Below, piece by piece: positions 62,279-64,000 of a DNA stretch of 64,000 nucleotides. Each line of letters starts with the position of its first letter. The stretch's first letter is position 1. The notes beneath the pieces are model-generated. The model searched no databases. It was given only the letters and a program-made list of their open reading frames with translations, and was not told the origin of the DNA. The DNA comes from Hemiscyllium ocellatum (taxonomy: Eukaryota): NCBI RefSeq assembly GCF_020745735.1, contig NC_083416.1, positions 3,386,400 through 3,450,399 on the forward strand, read 5' to 3'. A program made the translations under genes and the position numbers.

Positions 62279-63289
62279 TGCTGTCTTGATCCCACATTGT
62301 CATGAGCTATTGCTGCACATGCCCACCATTTCCATTCTTCCACTCCTTCAGGTCTTTAATATTTCAACAATCTTTGGTAAGAACAACAAGCAAACCTGCC
62401 AAGTACACCTTAGACAATCGTTCTCATTATTATAGAGGGTCTCCTTTCTTTTTACCAGGGTCCCTGGTGCTGTATTTAGTCAAATACTATGTTGATGTTA
62501 AGGGCATTCACTCTCACCTTATCTTCAGCTATTGTGTGCATTGGACCAATGCTATAATAAGTTTTGGAACCGAGTGAACCTGATGGATCCCAACTCCAAT
62601 AGATGCTGCTTGATAGCATTGGTGGTGACCTGGGCTATTTTCCACACTGTAAGGGAGTAATCCAGTCTACTAGATACATCAGAATAACTTAGTTTGGGAT
62701 GTGGCTTGTTCAGGAGTGTCCATCTTTAGGACTACAAATGTACAAGCATCAATAAAAACTCCACAGGTTTTACAGCATCAGTGAAGAGAGAAACAGAGTC
62801 AATGATTCAAATCCAGTGTGACTCTTCCGAACTGAGAGGAGTTGGGAAATGATAGTTTTTACTCTGTAGACAGAAGGAGAGGAGCAAGTGGAACAGATTG
62901 TGATTGCATCATAAGATAAAGGCAGCGCTAATGGCGGTAAGGAGAGATAGTGATGTAAAATAGGTGTAAATGATGAGTGTGAAAAGGAGGAAATCGAGTT
63001 TCTCTGTGAGAGCAAAGCCAACAGCTCAGAGATAGGGGAGGCTGGGGGGACGGTGGGGGGGGGATATAAGAAAAATGGAGGACAAAGGTTGTATGGTGGA
63101 TTCGTGGAATTCAATATTGAGTCTGAGACTGAGAGCTCGGGGTCATTTCAATGGAGGGAACAGAAGTGACACCAACATTAGGACTGGGCATGTCACAATC
63201 TGTCCCTCCCTCTGCCCCTCTGTGATCAGCATAAAAATGAGCATTTTGTGAGCTCCTGTTGGGTCTGAAGAGTTGTAAACTCAAATCCT

Positions 63290-63752
63290 TAACTTTGTGG
63301 AATGTAGGTGTTCCTCGCTGAGCTGTAGGTTTGATATCCAGACGTTTCATTACCTGGCTCGGTAACACCATCAGTGGGGACCTCCAAGTGAAGCGAAGCT
63401 GTTGTCTTTTGCTTTCTATTTATATGTTTGTCTGACACGCAAAGACATGCCAGAGAATTCCTAGAGGCCTGGCATTCCAACCACAATGCCATAAACAAGC
63501 ACATAGATCTAGATACCATCTATCAACCCCTCAGAACACAAACAGGAAATGACATCACCACAAACCCCAGGAACCCCATCCAGGAGAAAGATATAAATAG
63601 AAAGCAGGAGACAACAGCTTCGCTTCACTTGGAGGTCACCACTGATGATGTTACCGAGCCAGGTAATGAAATGTCTGGATATCAAGCCTACAGCTCAGCG
63701 AGCAACACCTACACCCTAAACCTCAACCTGAGCTACAAACCTTCACAAACCT
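63290..63752. mobile_element. Penelope-like 3' fragment with inverted partial pseudo-LTR
   Basis: 63330-63430 is the reverse complement of 63590-63690. Coding remnant REFLEAWHSNHNAINKHIDLD. Confidence 0.75.
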
Positions 63753-64000
63753 TAACTTTGTTTTCTCTCCACAAACACTGCCAGACCTGCTGAGTTTCTC
63801 TAGTAATTTCTGTTCTTTAGGCTTCTGGCATCTGTAGTGTGATGCTCTTATTTGACAGGCTGTGTCGCAATATGTTAGGTGAATGGAGGTTATGAGAGTA
63901 TGTTGGATATGGGTAGAGGACATAGAGTGTAAAGGGGAGCTTGGGAGTCGTACAAGTGAATAGATGGGTTAGAGAAAATATACAAGGGCCAAGGAACCTA

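Overview
Vertebrate genomic DNA, almost certainly a cartilaginous fish. The HE1/V-SINE-type SINEs with (TAATC)n tails and the CR1/HER1-type LINEs suggest a carpet or bamboo shark; this is inferred from repeat content only. About half the window is decayed retroelements (CR1-type LINEs, a Rex1/Babar-type LINE, Penelope-like elements with hammerhead ribozymes, many SINEs) plus mini- and microsatellites. Embedded in the repeats is a divergently transcribed (head-to-head) pair of paralogous immunoglobulin-superfamily membrane-receptor genes, reconstructed here from splice signals with phase-1 introns throughout. Gene A (minus strand, ~19886 to ~7172) is leader?-VJ-C1-C1-C1-TM-short tail?. Gene B (plus strand, 26113 to at least 36266) is leader-VJ-C1-C1-TM-tail?. 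Each V domain is antigen-receptor-like but is one germline-joined V+J exon with no RSS, and both replace the J-segment F/W-G-x-G motif with W-C-G-C-(G/A). The V and first C1 domains of A and B are only about 40% identical by eye, yet the membrane-proximal C1 exons differ at 3 of 321 nt. The transmembrane helices carry opposite charges (Arg in A, Glu in B). I cannot assign an established gene name. The architecture resembles non-rearranging VJ-C1 receptors (PRARP/VJC1, UrIg, SIRP-like) and may be an undescribed paired or heterodimeric shark immune receptor.
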